From the NCBI RefSeq assembly GCF_023055435.1, contig NW_025964268.1, positions 2,480,001 through 2,544,000 on the forward strand: a stretch of DNA of 64,000 nt, given 5' to 3'. The stretch comes from Haliotis rufescens (lineage: Eukaryota). The notes beneath the pieces were generated by a model, which saw only the letters and a list, made by a program, of their open reading frames with translations, did no database searches and had not been told where the DNA came from. Made by a program: the position numbers and the translations under genes. This document shows positions 1 through 14,120 of the stretch, one piece after another (positions within the stretch are counted from its first letter, which is position 1; each line of letters begins with the position of its first letter).

Positions 1-244
1 TATTGTTATAAATTATAAACATATGGTATGAAATGATGAGCTGACAAAAACGTATTTAAGTCATAAACTAAGTTGACTGAGTTGGTTTGCGGTTCCAGCA
101 AGGTTATAATATAATGCAATCTGCACGCTAAACGTAGAGTAGACGTCCGAGTTGTTGGAATCATAGGATTCGAACTTGCATAAAAGTCGTCGTATGAGTG
201 AAGTTTATGGTTTATGCAGGTTGCACATATTTGCATCCTTAAAA

Positions 245-530
245 GGATCTAGTCTGGACCACAGAAAGTGATGATCGAAGCACATGTAGCACATAGGTGT
301 TTCTTTAGGCTAGTTACTTTGTTGGAAATGCGCCTCTGTTCACCCAGCAGTGAATGGGTACCCGGTAGGGTGAGGTGGTGGCTGTTAACCTTCCTTGTAG
401 GCAGCTTGTTTGCATACTCCCCATGGAGCTGAGAGTGAAAATCGAGTGCACACTGATTCATCGGCCCTAGTAATAATGTAACGCTTTGAACATGTTGTAG
501 GTATACATGTACACACTATTATAAATATGC
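245..530 (+). mobile_element. Old SINE relic with CACCCAGCAGTGAATGGGTACC core and L2-like tail
   Basis: Core resembles conserved central domains of old metazoan SINEs; heavily diverged. Confidence 0.4.
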
Positions 531-712
531 ACATTATTATGTTAATCGATAGTGTCGACAACGCGTTTTGCCTTCAGCTTACAAGGTTAGTTTGTAACTT
601 GTAGAAGGTTACACACCCTGACTTGTGTTGTTTAGCGTGATGCTTTAGGCTTGGGTAATATCGTGTGATGCTTAGGTAATATCATGTGATGGTTGGGTAA
701 TATCATGTGAGG

Positions 713-1231
713 CATCTTCCCGAGGCAAGGGAGTTAACTGACTATAAAAGTCCAGTTTCTACCCTTGCCGAACTAGGCTGGAAAATCTGGGCTCGATCGT
801 AGCGCCACCAGTGGCTATTACGAGTTATTTCACTTCTATGTCCCTCCTATTGACCAATCAGATTCCACCTCTCATATCACTTGCATTTGTTTCAAACAAT
901 ATGGCGGCCACCAGTCAAGACAATCTGATCGATAATCAAAATCTATATTGTAAAAAAGGGTCTTACTTTGGTGTGCATCAAATCACATGAGCACCCTGAT
1001 TTAAAAACATGAAACAATTTGGAAAATATCTGCTGACGCCTTGCGTTTGCTTTGCAAATCCTACAACCTGCACGGCAGTTAACGAACCAGATGTCGATTT
1101 CGTTACGCGATTTGATTGGACTATGCTTAGAGTCGTTAGTCCGACCAAACAATAACTAAAAATTCCAGCCTAGTTCGGCAAGGGCGGAGACTGGACCGTT
1201 AAGTCAGCGTCTCCGTTACTTTGAGAAGATG
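713..1231 (+). mobile_element. Non-autonomous DNA transposon (MITE) family 1, ~520 bp, ~70-bp imperfect TIRs
   Basis: CATCTTCCCGAGGCAAGGGAGTTAACTGACT...CCCTTGCCGAACTAGGCTGG is inverted at ~1163-1231; homologous copies elsewhere in the window; no TSD seen. Confidence 0.85.
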
Positions 1232-1516
1232 CGACGAACGTGACGCTTAAACCGCTTTGTGAATCTTAATCACGACTTCAGCAAGAACCCGCCCCTGTTT
1301 ACTGAAAGCTTCCATTGGATTCAATGAATGTAACAACAGGAGTTAAGTGAACCTTTCTTCAGAAGATGATTTTGCACCAGCCGATCTCCCTGTAACCTCG
1401 TCTCATTGGGTTTGGACAAGAGACCAAATAATCAGCGTGTTCTTTATAACATAATGCATACAATGTGTTTGTGATTCGCTGACTGTATTCTTTGTGTGTG
1501 TTGGTTTTCAAAATAT

Positions 1517-1680
1517 GAGTGAGTGAGTGAGTGAGTACAGTTTTACGCCGCTTTTAGCAATATTCCAGCAATATCACGGCGGGGGACACCAGAAATGGGC
1601 TTCACACATTGTACCCATGACGGGAATCGAACCCGGGTCTTCGGCGTGACGAGCGAACCACTAGGCTACCCGACCGCCCC
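1517..1680 (-). mobile_element. SINE family B (tRNA-Asp-like head, (ACTC)n tail)
   Basis: A/B boxes; GTCACGCCGAAGACCCGGGTTCGATTCCC resembles the tRNA-Asp(GTC) arm; ~13-bp TSD TTT(C/G)AAAATATGA. Confidence 0.88.
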
Positions 1681-1732
1681 TTTGAAAATATGAACTTTTT
1701 TATAATGTGTATATGTTTGGAAAGTTAACAAT

Positions 1733-2004
1733 TTTGTTTGTTTGTTTGTTTGTTGTTTAACGCTGCACTCAGCAATAGTCCAGCTTTATGACGGCGGTCT
1801 GAACATAATCGAGTCTGGACCAGACAATCCAGTGCTTGATGTCATGAACATCGATCCACGCAATTGGGATACGATGACATGAATCAACCAAGTCAGCGAG
1901 CCTGATCTCCCGATCCCGTTATTCGCCTCTTACGAGAGGAATAGTCGCCTTTCACGACAAGCATGGGTTGCTGAAGACCTATTCTCACCCGGATCTTCAC
2001 GGGT
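1733..2004 (-). mobile_element. SINE family A copy
   Basis: Colinear with the 14121-14387 copy; (TTTG)n tail on + strand. Confidence 0.85.
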
Positions 2005-2126
2005 TTTGGAGAGTACTTAACAATAAGCTTACAATTGACTGTCAAAAGTCAAGTTCCTAAATATTATCATTCGTGTGTCAAGGAGACATATTTTGCGCAA
2101 CGGGTTGTATTGAAACACAAAAGATA

Positions 2127-2203
2127 GGTGGGGTTAGCAAAGTGGTTAAAGCGTTCACTCGTCACCCCGAAGACACGGGTTCGATTCCCCACATGGGATC
2201 AAT
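2127..2203 (+). mobile_element. SINE family B head, truncated by a MITE
   Basis: A and B boxes, then the family-1 TIR. Confidence 0.8.
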
Positions 2204-2651
2204 CATCTTCCCGAAGCAAGGGAGTAAACAGACTTTAAAAGTCCAGTTTCCACCCTTGCCGAACTAGGCTAGAATTACTGGGCTCGATCATAGCACCACC
2301 AGTGGCTATAACCAGTTATGTTTATGTCCCATCTAAGCCTCTCCTATGGACCAATGAGATTCCACCTCTCGTATCACTTGCGTTTGTTTCACCCAAAATG
2401 GTGGCGCCCAGTCAGGCGACTATCTGATCGATAATCAAGATCTATATTGTGATAAAACGGGTCTTACATCGCGAAATGCATCACCTCACGTGAGCACCTT
2501 GATTAAAAACATGAAAAGATTTGGAAAATATCTGCTGACGACGAGTTGGCGGTGCAAATCCTGCAATCGACCGAAATCTGCACGACAGTTTATGAACCGG
2601 ATTTCGATGCACGATTTTGATTGGACTATGCACAGACTCGTTAGTTCAGCC
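2204..2651 (+). mobile_element. MITE family 1 copy, right end missing, following a truncated tRNA-SINE head
   Basis: Colinear with ~713-1145; runs directly into the 41-bp satellite. Confidence 0.85.
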
Positions 2652-2652
2652 A

Positions 2653-5600
2653 GGCGTCAGTGTCAACAGTGTGTTCAACTGATATCAGCACATGGCGTCA
2701 GTGTCAACAGTGTGTACAACTGATATCACCACATGGCGTCAGTGTCAACAGTGTGTACAACTGATATCAGCACATGGCGTCAGTGTCAACAGTGTGTTCA
2801 ACTGACATCAGCACATGGCGTCAGTGTCAACAGTGTGTTCAACTGACATCAGCACATGGCGTCAGTGCCAACAGTGTGTACAACTGATATCAGTACTCGG
2901 CGTCAGTGTCGACAGTGTGTACAACTGATATCAGTACTCGGCGTCAGTGTCGACAGTGTGTACAACTGATATCAGTACTCGGCGTCAGTGTCAACAGTGT
3001 GTACAACTGACATCAGTACTCGGCGTCAGTGTCAACAGTGTGTACAACTGATATCAGTACTCGGCGTCAGTGTCGACAGTGTGTACAACTGATATCAGTA
3101 CTCGGCGTCAGTGTCGACAGTGTGTACAACTGATATCAGTACTCGGCGTCAGTGTCGACAGTGTGTACAACTAATATCAGTACTCGGCGTCAGTGTCGAC
3201 AGTGTGTTCAACTGACATCAGCACACGGCGTCAGTGTCAACAGTGTGTACAACTGATATCAGTACTCGGCGTCAGTGTCGACAGTGTGTACAACTGATAT
3301 CAGTACTCGGCGTCAGTGTCGACAGTGTGTACAACTGATATCAGTACTCGGCGTCAGTGTCAACAGTGTGTTCAACTGACATCAGCACACGGCGTCAGTG
3401 TCAACAGTGTGTTCAACTGACATCAGCACACGGCGTCAGTGTCAACAGTGTGTACAACTGATATCAGTACTCGGCGTCATTGTCGACAGTGTGTTCAACT
3501 GACATCAGCACACGGCGTCAGTGTCAACAGTGTGTTCAACTGACATCAGTACTCGGCGTCAGTGTCAACAGTGTGTACAACTGATATCATTACTCGGCGT
3601 CAGTGTCAACAGTGTGTTCAACTGACATCAGCACATGGCGTCAGTGTCAACAGTGTGTACAACTGACACTGGGCCCATGGCGTCAGTGTCAACAGTGTGT
3701 ACAATTGATATAAGCCCATGGCGTCAGTGTCAACAGTGTGTACAACTGACATCAGTACTCGGCGTCAGTGTCAATAGTGTGTAAAACTGATATCAGTACT
3801 CGGCGTCAGTGTCAACAGTGTGTACAACTGACATCAGTACTCGGAATCAGTGTCAACAGTGTGTACAACTGACATCAGTACTCGGCGTCAGTGTCAACAG
3901 TGTGTACAACTGACATCAGAACTCGGCGTCAGTGTCAACAGTGTGTTCAACTGACATCAGCACACGGCGTCAGTGTCAACAGTGTGTACAACTGATATCA
4001 GTGCTCGGCGTCAGTGTCAACAGTGTGTTAAACTGACATCAGCACATGGCGTCAGTGTCGACAGTGTGTACAACTGACATCAGCCCATGGCGTCAGTGTC
4101 AACAGTGTGTACAACTGATATCAGTACTCGGCGTCAGTGTCAACAGTGTGTTCAACTGACATCAGTACTCGGCGTCAGTGTCAACAGTGTGTTAAACTGA
4201 CATCAGCACATGGCGTCAGTGTCAACAGTGTGTACAACTGACATCAGCCCATGGCGTCAGTGTCAACAGTGTGTACAACTGATATCAGTACTCGGCGTCA
4301 GTGTCAACAGTGTGTTCAACTGATATCAGTACTCGGCGTCAGTGTCAACAGTGTGTACAACTGACATCAGTACTCGGCGTCAGTGTCAACAGTGTGTACA
4401 ACTGACATCAGTGCTCGGCGTCAGTGTCAACAGTGTGTACAACTGACATCAGCTCATGGCGTCAGTGTCAACAATGTGTAAATTGACATCAGTACTCGGC
4501 GTCAGTGTCAACAGTGTGTACAACTGACATCAGTGCTCGGCGTCAGTGTCAACAATGTGTAAATTGACATCAGCCCATGGGGTCAGTGTCAACAGTGTGT
4601 ACAACTGACATCACTACTCGGCGTCAGTGTCAACAGTGTGTACAACTGATATCACCACATGGCGTCAGTGTCAACAGTGTGTAAACTGACATCAGTACTC
4701 GGCGTCAGTGTCAAAAGTGTGTACAACTGATATCAGCACATGGCGTCAGTGTCAACAGTGTGTACAATTGGCATCAGTACTCGGCGTCAGTGTCAACAGT
4801 GTGTACAACTGACATCAGTACTCGTCGTCAGTGACAACAGTGTGTACAACTGACTTCAGTACTCGGCGTCAGTGTCGCCAGTGTGTTCAACAGACATCAA
4901 CACATGGCGTCAGTGTCAACAGTGTGTACAACTGATATCAGTACTCGGCGTCAGTGTCAACAGTGTGTTCAACTGACATCAGTACTCGGCGTCAGTGTCA
5001 ACAGTGTGTACAACAGACATCAGTACTCGGCGTCAGTGTCAACAGTGTGTACAACTGATATCAGTTAACGGAGTCAGTGCCAACTGTGTGTACAACTGAT
5101 ATCATTACTCGGCGTCAGTGTCGACAGTGTGTTCAACTGACATCAGCACATGGCGTCAGTGTTAACAGTGTGTACAACTGATATCAGTACTCGGCGTCAG
5201 TGTCAACAGTGTGTACAACTGACATCCGCACATGGCGTCAGTGTCAACAGTGTGTACAACTGATATCAGTACTCGGCGTCAGTGTCAACAGTGTGTTCAA
5301 CTGCCATCAGCACATGGCGTCAGTGTCAACAGTGTGTTCAACTGACATTGGGCCCATGGCGTCAGTGTCAACAGTGTGTACAACTGATATCAGTACTCGG
5401 CGTCAGTGTCAACAGTGTGTTCAACTGACATCAGCCCATGGCGTCAGTGTCAACAGTGTGTACAACTGACATCAGTACTCGGTGTCAGTGTCAACAGTGT
5501 GTACAACTGACATCAGCACACGGCGTCAGTGTCAACAGTGTGTTCAACTGACATATGTACTCGGCGTCAGTGCCAACAGTGTGTACAACTGATATCAGCA

Positions 5601-8382
5601 CATGGCGTCAGTGCCAACAGTGTGTACAACTGACATCAGTACTCGGCGTCAGTGTCAACAGTGTGTACAACTGATATCAGTGCTCGGCGTCAGTGTCAAC
5701 ATTGTGTACAACTGACATCCGCACATGGCGTCATTGTCGACAGTGTGTACAACTGACATCAGTACTCGGCGTCAGTGTCAACAGTGTGTTCAACTGACAT
5801 CAGTACTCGGCGTCAGTGTCAACAGTGTGTACAACTGACATCAGTACTCGGCGTCAGTGTCAACAGTGTGTTCAACTGACATCAGTACTCGGCGTCAGTG
5901 TCAACAGTGTGTACAACTGACATCAGTACTCGGCGTCAGTGTCAACAGTGTGTTCAACTGACATCAGTACTCGGCGTCAGTGTCAACAGTGTGTACAACT
6001 GACATCAGTACTCGTCGTCAGTGTCAACAGTGTGTTCAACTGACATCAGTGCTCGGCGTCAGTGTCAACAGTGTGTACAACTGACATCCGCACATGGCGT
6101 CAGTGTCAACAGTGTGTACAACTGATATCAGTACTCGGCGTCAGTGCCAACAGTGTGTACAACTGACATCCGCACATGGCGTCAGTGTCAACAGTGTGTA
6201 CAACTGACATCAGTACTCGGCGTCAGTGTCAACAGTGTGTACAACTGATATCAGTACTCGGCGTCAGTGTCAACAGTGTGTACAACTGACATCAGTGCTC
6301 GGAGTCAGTGTCAACAGTGTGTACAACTGACATCAGCACACGGCGTCAGTGTCAACAGTGTGTTCAACTGACATCAGCACATGGCGTCAGTGTCAACAGT
6401 GTGTACAACTGACATCAGTACTCGGCGTCAGTGTCAACAGTGTGTTCAACTGACATCAGCACACGGCGTCAGTGCCAACAGTGTGTACAACTGACATCAG
6501 TACTCGGCGTCAGTGTCAACAGTGTGTACAATTGATATCAGTACTCGGCGTCAGTGTCAACAGTGTGTTCAACTGACATCAGCACATGGCGTCAGTGTCG
6601 ACAGTGTGTACAACTGACATCAGCCCATGGCGTCAGTGTCAACAGTGTGTACAACTGACATCAGTACTCGGCGTCAGTGTCAACAGTGTGTTCAACTGAC
6701 ATCAGTACTCGGCGTCAGTGTCAACAGTGTGTACAACTGACATCAGTACTCGGCGTCAGTGTCAACAGTGTGTTCAACTGACATCAGTACTCGGCGTCAG
6801 TGTCAACAGTGTGTACAACTGACATCAGTACTCGGCGTCAGTGTCGACAGTGTGTACAACTGACATCAGCACATGGCGTCAGTGTCAACAGTGTGTACAA
6901 CTGACATCAGTACTCGGCGTCAGTGTCGACAGTGTGTACAACTGATATCAGCACATGGCGTCAGTGTCAACAGTGTGTACAACTGACATCAGTACTCGGA
7001 GTCAGTGTCAACAGTGTGTTAAACTGACATCAGCACATGACGTCAGTGTCAACAGTGTGTACAACTGACATTACTACTCGGCGTCAGTGTCAACAGTGTG
7101 TACAACTGATATCACCACATGGCGTCAGTGTCAACAGTGTGTAAACTGACATCAGTACTCGGAATCAGTGTCAACAGTGTGTACAACTGATATCAGCACA
7201 TGGCGTCAGTGTCAACAGTGTGTACAAATGACATCAGTACTCGGCGTCAGTGTCAACAGTGTGTAAACTGACATCAGTACTCGGAGTCAGTGTCAACAGT
7301 GTGTACAACTGATATCAGCACATGGCGTCAGTGTCAACAGTGTGTACAATTGACATCAGTACTCGGCGTCAGTGTCAACAGTGTGTACAACTGACATCAG
7401 TACTCGGCGTCAGTGACAACAGTGTGTACAACTGATATCAGTTAACGGAGTCAGTGTCAACAGTGTGTACAACTGATATCAGTTAACGGAGTCAGTGCCA
7501 ACAGTGTGTACAACTGATATCAGTTAACCGAGTCAGTGTCAACAGTGTGTACAACTGATATCAGTTACCGGAGTCAGTTTCAACAGTGTGTACAACTGAT
7601 ATCAGTTAACAGAGTCAGTGTCAACAGTGTGTACAACTGATATCAGTTAACGGAGTCAGTGTCAACAGTGTGTTCAACTGATATCAGTAGACGGCGTCAG
7701 TGACAACAGTGTGTACAATTGATATCATCACACGGAGTCAGTGTCAACAGTGTGTACAACTGATATCAGTTAACGGAGACAGTGTCAACAGTGTGTACAA
7801 CTGATATCAGTTAACGGAGTCAGTGCCAACAGTGTGTTCAACTGATATCAGTACTCGGCGTCAGTGTCAACAGTGTGTTCAACTGACATCAGCACATGGC
7901 GTCAGTGTCGACTGTGTGTACAACTGACATCGGCCCATGGCGTCAGTGTCAACAGTGTGTACAACTGATATCAGTACTCGGCGTCAGTGACAACAGTGTG
8001 TACAACTGATATCAGTTAACGGAGTCAGTGTCAACAGTGTGTACAACTGATATCAGTTAACGGAGTCAGTGCCAACAGTGTGTTCAACTGATATCAGTTA
8101 ACGGAGTCATTGTCAACAGTGTGTACAACTGATATCAGTTAACGGAGTCAGTGCCAACAGTGTGTTCAACTGATATCAGTACACGGAGTCAGTGTCAACA
8201 GTGTGTACAACTGATATCAGCACACGGCGTCAGTGACAACAGTGTGTACAACTGATATCAGTACTCGGCGTCAGTGTCAACAGTGTGTACAACTGACATC
8301 AGTACTCGGCGTCAGTGTCAACAGTGTGTTCAACTGACATCAGCACATGGAGTCAGTGCCAACAGTGTGTACAACTGACATT
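2653..8382. repeat. 41-bp satellite, ~140 copies (GGCGTCAGTGTCAACAGTGTGTACAACTGATATCAGTACTC)
   Basis: Period 41 measured directly; variation is mostly a few recurring variants of one short window. Confidence 0.97.
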
Positions 8383-10595
8383 AGACTTTATTTAAATCTA
8401 ACAGAAACGTACTTGTATACAACTTCACTGCTACCGTCAACACACAAATCCATCCCTTCCTTTCCCACCACCCAGCCCTCACTAAAACATCTTCTCACGA
8501 AACAGTGTGCACTTTACCACGTTCACATGACATCGGCGACATTGCCGACACGCTCTGCTGCTTCCACGGCTCTATGACAACACCAAGTACATTCGTGCCT
8601 TCACAAACGTCCACCGCGTGCCTTAATGGTTGAGTGAAACTCATGGGGATATATTGATAGAAATGGTTTATATTTCTCTCACCCTTTGTACAGGCAATGG
8701 TGAATACATAAGTACATAGACATGGTACACAGGCCGCCCAATGGGCTTTGAGAGACCATAAAATCATGATTTACACATGCATAATAAAAGGTAAAATAAA
8801 TCAGCATTTCCTAAATAAATACTAGCATACATGCACATAAGTGTGCTTACATTTTTTACTAACTGACACACCTTCACTCCCAACACCTTCCCAACGTCAT
8901 TCATACTCTCCCTCACACCCCCAACCCCCAAACACACAAACACATACCGACATTTACCCTTACCAAACCACCCTCCCGGCACTCCCATGCCAAAATACCC
9001 ACACGCTAATATTCAATCATAACCACCGACGCGCCTGCATATCCCGACACCCACACACCAGTAGCCACCTAACACCAATGAACATGACCAGTGGTAAAAC
9101 AATGATTGCTTTTGTGTGAGACTTGAGGGGAAAGGAGGTTGTTATTCCGCCAGTTGCTGGACTGATTGCGAGATCAATGAGATGGACTTCGTTGAAATGA
9201 ACTGTGTATTTATTTTTAACCACCGTATTTCATCTGATAACACCTAGAGTGTATCTTTTTTTAACGTTAACATGACCCGGCGTGTTTGGAGACGTCTGTT
9301 CCTCCACGGGGATGGAGTGGAACATGGGGATCGGTCATATATGGCGCAACAATTTTATTCTGCAGAGTCGTCTCCCTTAGGTCTGCCAGGATCCTGTCCT
9401 CGTTAGTTCGCCCTGCTTATATTTCGATGTTTGTCAGCATCATGCCCGTCCTGAATGAGTTTGGTTTATCGACAGTTATATCACAGCGTGTCTGCTTGAT
9501 GTGGGAGGAAAGCCCGAAGTGATGCAGGTGTTTGACGTTCACCATTTTAGTGAAACCCACGAGCACGAGTATGATGCTGACAAAACATAATCGGGGCGAA
9601 GCGTGATTCGATCACATGACCATACACCTCTGGCACTCATGCAAGTCGTCCCAGCGGATTGCGGGGCTTTAGACGGCGGGCCACCCGAACCCCTGTGATC
9701 ACAGAAGGCTCGCATACACCTTTACTTTAATTAAATTAGAGATACATTTCAATCATCTCAAAACCTCCCCATAACAAATCGGCTTTCTAAACGTCGTTCA
9801 GACGTAGGATCAGCGCTGCATCATGCATATACCGCATATCGACGTGAATTAGGACCACCCCGGTGATGTGACGTCAGTGAGTGTCGTAGGAACGACGCCG
9901 TAACGCATCGAAGTAGTCGGCGACCAGGCAGGTGTTCCCATTTACCGACCATTAACGACAGAACGGCGTGGTTGTTACTGAAGGTGGACCCAGGTATATA
10001 CAAAATATACAAGTATTTGCATACTGAGTTGGGATGGGCGGATACGTCGTAGTGAAAAAAGTGGTAAAAGGCGAGAGATGAGACCCGGTCAGAAAACACC
10101 TTTACTTTAATTAAATTAGAGATTCAGCTCAAACACCCACCACAAACACCCAGAACTAACAGTTCAACACTCCGTTCAACAAGTATCTATCATCACAACA
10201 AGTTCATCATGTGGATTGATTTGGGTCAAATGTTGATGGTAAAATATCTTAAGTGCATACATTCCTCATAACATAAAAGAGGCAATACCATCCCGGGCAA
10301 AAATGCACTCTGCGTGTTTGTTGATCGCAATCCGAAACAGTCCAACTAAATGATTTAAACATGATTTTCTTCAGTGAGTCTGAATTGGCAAACAAGCCAA
10401 GAAGACTTATGTTAATACCTCTCCAGTACAAGTTATGTTCATGAAGTCAATATTCAACGACATCACGACAGCCAGGCAAATCAGTGATTGAAATCACAAG
10501 AAACCTCTACGCCGTCGGGTACGATGACACGCAATCAGCAAGGCCAGCGACCCTGAACACCAGATGGTTTCCTGGGAACTATTCTATCCCGAGCA

Positions 10596-10903
10596 CAATC
10601 TCATTAAAATCAGATCTTAGTTCTCGCTACCGCGAAACAAAGAGGACATCCCATTACGGGTCACGTCAGACCGACCTTGCGTGAACTTTGACCGACCAAT
10701 GGAATGACTGACAAGAAGTCGACATTAGCCAATCAGAAGGCAGCTTTCTCGTGCTTCACGGCACTAATTTCAAATTGGCGACTACGCCTCGAAACATATT
10801 TTGACAAATTCTAGATTAAAAATTTGAAACCTGAACAAAAGAACATTCTGGAATGGCTAATAGATGGTTAATATATACTTAAGATCTGATTTTAATGAGA
10901 TTG
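10596..10903 (+). mobile_element. Non-autonomous DNA transposon family 2 (AcademH-like), 308 bp
   Basis: Perfect TIR CAATCTCATTAAAATCAGATCTTA; 9-bp TSD TCCCGAGCA at 10587-10595 and 10904-10912; internal remnant LKPEQKNILEWLIDG. Confidence 0.85.
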
Positions 10904-12239
10904 TCCCGAGCAGGTCTTTTAGAACATAACCATAACCATGATAAACATGGCGGTCAGATAAATTCGTTGTAGACTTGTCACTCGGGAATGAGCTGAATGG
11001 CCGTGTACCCGAGCCGTCGTGTTGATGTTCTGAGCTAGGTCTGAATGTTGGGTATGATAATTGTCCAAAATATTTAACTGTGACCAACCAGTACTTTTTT
11101 TGTGAGGGTTCACAGAGTCCAGACGTTTTTTGCTCCAAACGAAAACATAAGTCAGTCGAAAATTCAGTTTGTGCTGTCCTTAGGGGTGTCATTAAACGGA
11201 TGACGTGTTAGCACTTTGTGAACATGTGATTCAAGATATTCAAGATAGTCTTGTTTAGTTAACTGTAAGTGTGACTTATCGTGTTGAAACGCATGGTCAA
11301 CGCCGACGTTTTTGTGAAGGGCGATTAAGGTAATACCGTAATGATATTAAATGTCCTGGGGTGGTTTGACAGCGGCCTTTATAGGGCTTAATAGGACTGC
11401 CAGGTTGTGTCTCATAGTGCCTTGCGTTTTTTCTGATAAAGAAAGGGTTTAAGGTAAGGTTTTGACAGGTTAATCGGCTCTAACATTTTAGGCCCGTTTC
11501 ACAGAGAAATCTTAGCACTACGGTTATCGCATTGCTGTGGTAAATATAAATGACGATCGTCACAGTATTGAAATTTCTCAGTTGAAAGAGGCCTGGATGT
11601 CGGACCCCCTCGACTTAATCCGTTCCCTTTATTATAACTACGGGTTTCAATCGTCGCCACTCGGCCTGTCTCGGAAATAATGTGATTGACATGAGTCCCG
11701 ATGATAAGCTTGGTTCTGTCTCCACATGTCACAGTCTTCATCGCACATACTGATAGAGCATGGAACCAGTTCACTTCTGTAGCAATGTAACCCAAATTGA
11801 AGATTTTCTTTGACAAGTGCCGTTTGTATTTGAACAAAATCGCCGGTGAAAGAAAAAACATACATAAAGTGGACTGATCATATGTCGATGTTAAATCAAC
11901 CACATATAAACTTCGACACAACCGGCGTTTTATTATTGATTATAATGAAAGCATATTATGGAGTTATTACTTTGGGTAAATGTTTTGAAAAAACCCATTT
12001 TGAGACAATCAAGATACACGTAATGCTAAGAATCTGCTGAGACAACGCTGCAATCACGGGTTTGTTGTTTTACGCTGCAGTCAGAAATATTCTCGGTCAA
12101 AGACGGCGGTCTGTAAAGTTTGGGTCTGGCAAACAAGTGGTTGATACCATGAGCATCGCCCCAATTTAAAGGGGTACGACGAGAAGCAATGAATAAAGTC
12201 AACAACCCGTCAATGCGATCCATAATCGTCGGTTATTTG

Positions 12240-12352
12240 CATCTTTCCGAGGCAAGGGAGTTAACTGACTATGAAAGTCCAGTCTCCACCCTTGCCGAAC
12301 TAGACTGTAATTTCGATCGTCCCTCCTATTGACCAATCATATCACTTACATT
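12240..12352 (+). mobile_element. MITE family 1 internally deleted fragment
   Basis: Left TIR plus the CCTATTGACCAATC segment. Confidence 0.75.
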
Positions 12353-12650
12353 TGGAGCCGTCAACGTTCGCAGGGGTCAAGCTGATGTGGTAGACCTGGA
12401 GCCCTTAATGTCCGCAGTGGTCAAGGTGGTGGGGTAGGCCTGGAGCCCTTAATGTCCGCAGTGGTCAAGCTGGTGGGGTAAGCCTGCAGCCCTCAATGTC
12501 CGCAAGGGTCAAGCCCGGGAGATACGCCTGGAGCCCTCAACGTTCACAGGGACCAAATTGGTGGGGTAGAACTGGAGCCTCAGAGGACGCAGGAGTCAAA
12601 AAGGTTGGGTGGGCCTGGAGCCCTCAGCGCTCGCAAGGGTCAAGCTGATC
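12353..12650. repeat. Diverged ~44-bp minisatellite, ~6-7 copies (CCTGGAGCCCT...GGTCAAG...GGGGTA)
   Basis: CCTGGAGCCC recurs at ~44-bp spacing. Confidence 0.8.
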
Positions 12651-13102
12651 ACACATCTTCTTTCTAACCGTCATCGTTTGCATTGTCGCTGTTTACACAT
12701 GCTGCCATGACAGACAGCGTTCACCCAGGTTATCGACTGGCAATGTGAAAAAGTTCAGCTTGTTTAGGAATAGGGAGTGAGGGAACAGGGATGAAACTTA
12801 GAACAGTGTTTCAATTATCACGGTGTGTCAGTTCAATGTGGGAGGGACGCCCAAGAGATAGATAGCCACCATTAGAGCCCAACGGAGTCCAAGTGTAGTG
12901 CTGACAAATCGGGACAATCGGGATGTATCGCGGATTCGCGCTCGCGATCAACGGATACTGCCACGGGTAAGGGATGCAACCCTGCCATGTGCATTAGAGG
13001 AAAGCCCAAATTGAGACAGGCCTTACATTGTTACGGGTATGGTGCTGACGCACGTAGAAACACAATCAGGGCGAACCCGGGATAATAGGCTTCTTGCGTG
13101 TT

Positions 13103-13104
<2 letters not shown>

Positions 13105-13152
<48 letters not shown>

Positions 13153-13440
13153 TATTATTTCCAAAAAGACAAAGAGATTGGGCACAAGTGCAACACTTAT
13201 TACCGCCTTCTCCCTATATACAGTAAAACATAATAGTGCATAATGGAAATTAACAATTTTTTGTATGTATGTAGAGGCTTTTGTCCTCCAAGATTATCGA
13301 TAGCTGTCAGTAATGTCTCCCTAAAATCATCATATAAGGTATATTCGAAGAAGAAATGGAATGAATTCCACAATGAGCCAGTTAATTTGTTAGTCGCCAC
13401 TGGTTTCAATGTTGTTGCTTGAAGATTGTAACTCAAATCA
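13105..13440 (-). mobile_element. 3' end of a CR1/L2-type LINE with (ATG)n tail
   Basis: Minus-strand FHFFFEYTLYDDFRETLL resembles the ORF2 C-terminal HFFFECxxY motif; it ends in aataataatgatgatg, i.e. the (CAT)n run at 13105-13152. Confidence 0.55.
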
Positions 13441-14120
13441 TCTGGCTACAACATGACTTCCGTCCGACAGGCGAGGAGGGGACGTGGCAACACAGAGGTG
13501 ACGTCAAAACCGTATACCCCTCGTCATCAGCCAACAACGAATACATCCTACCACCGTGTTGATCATTTACCGCAATTTGAAAACAAATACATGTGAAGCG
13601 TTTCTCGTCATCTTGAAAGTTGAGTCCCATGGCACCGTGTCGCAAAACCATTCAGTCACGGTCTAGTGACCGCACCACTTCACTTTCTCTTAATTGTCCG
13701 GCTTCCGTCACCATTCGGCAAAGTCCGGAGGACGCCGTACTCCGATGTCTTCACATTTATTGTTAGAGGATTGGTGACTCGTAAATTGTATTCTCTATCG
13801 GTTTCATTGCGTACTTTTATCATCTATTGATTAGATATATTTTATCTCACATATGTATGCAAACTTATTCCTGTATTGAAAGTGCTTTTGTAAATTTGAT
13901 TTTCACTGAGTAGCGCGATCATTTTTTGTGGCTTTAGTGGTACCGTTGAATAGCTTCAGGGCTTTGGTTCAGTACCTACATCTTGCGTGCTGGCATAGTA
14001 CTCGGGTTTTGGTAGAACAAACTTTGGTTACCTCACCAGGCTATTGCATTCCCACGACTGACCAGGACAAGTTGGCCTGACTGACGTCCGCGCTCACGGG
14101 TTAAAACCCTTAGCAAAAGG

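Noticed and set aside
2653-8382. 41-bp array with a variable window, superficially CRISPR-like
   Set aside because: The variable part is a few recurring short variants rather than unique spacers; eukaryotic context, no cas genes.
9405-9602. Inverted repeat GTTTGTCAGCATCAT...ATGATGCTGACAAAC suggesting a MITE or structured RNA
   Set aside because: Better explained by two oppositely oriented fragments of SINE family C; the copy at 54972-55148 has only one arm.
13039-13233. Poly-His ORF
   Set aside because: It is a (CAT)n microsatellite, apparently the tail of a minus-strand LINE fragment.
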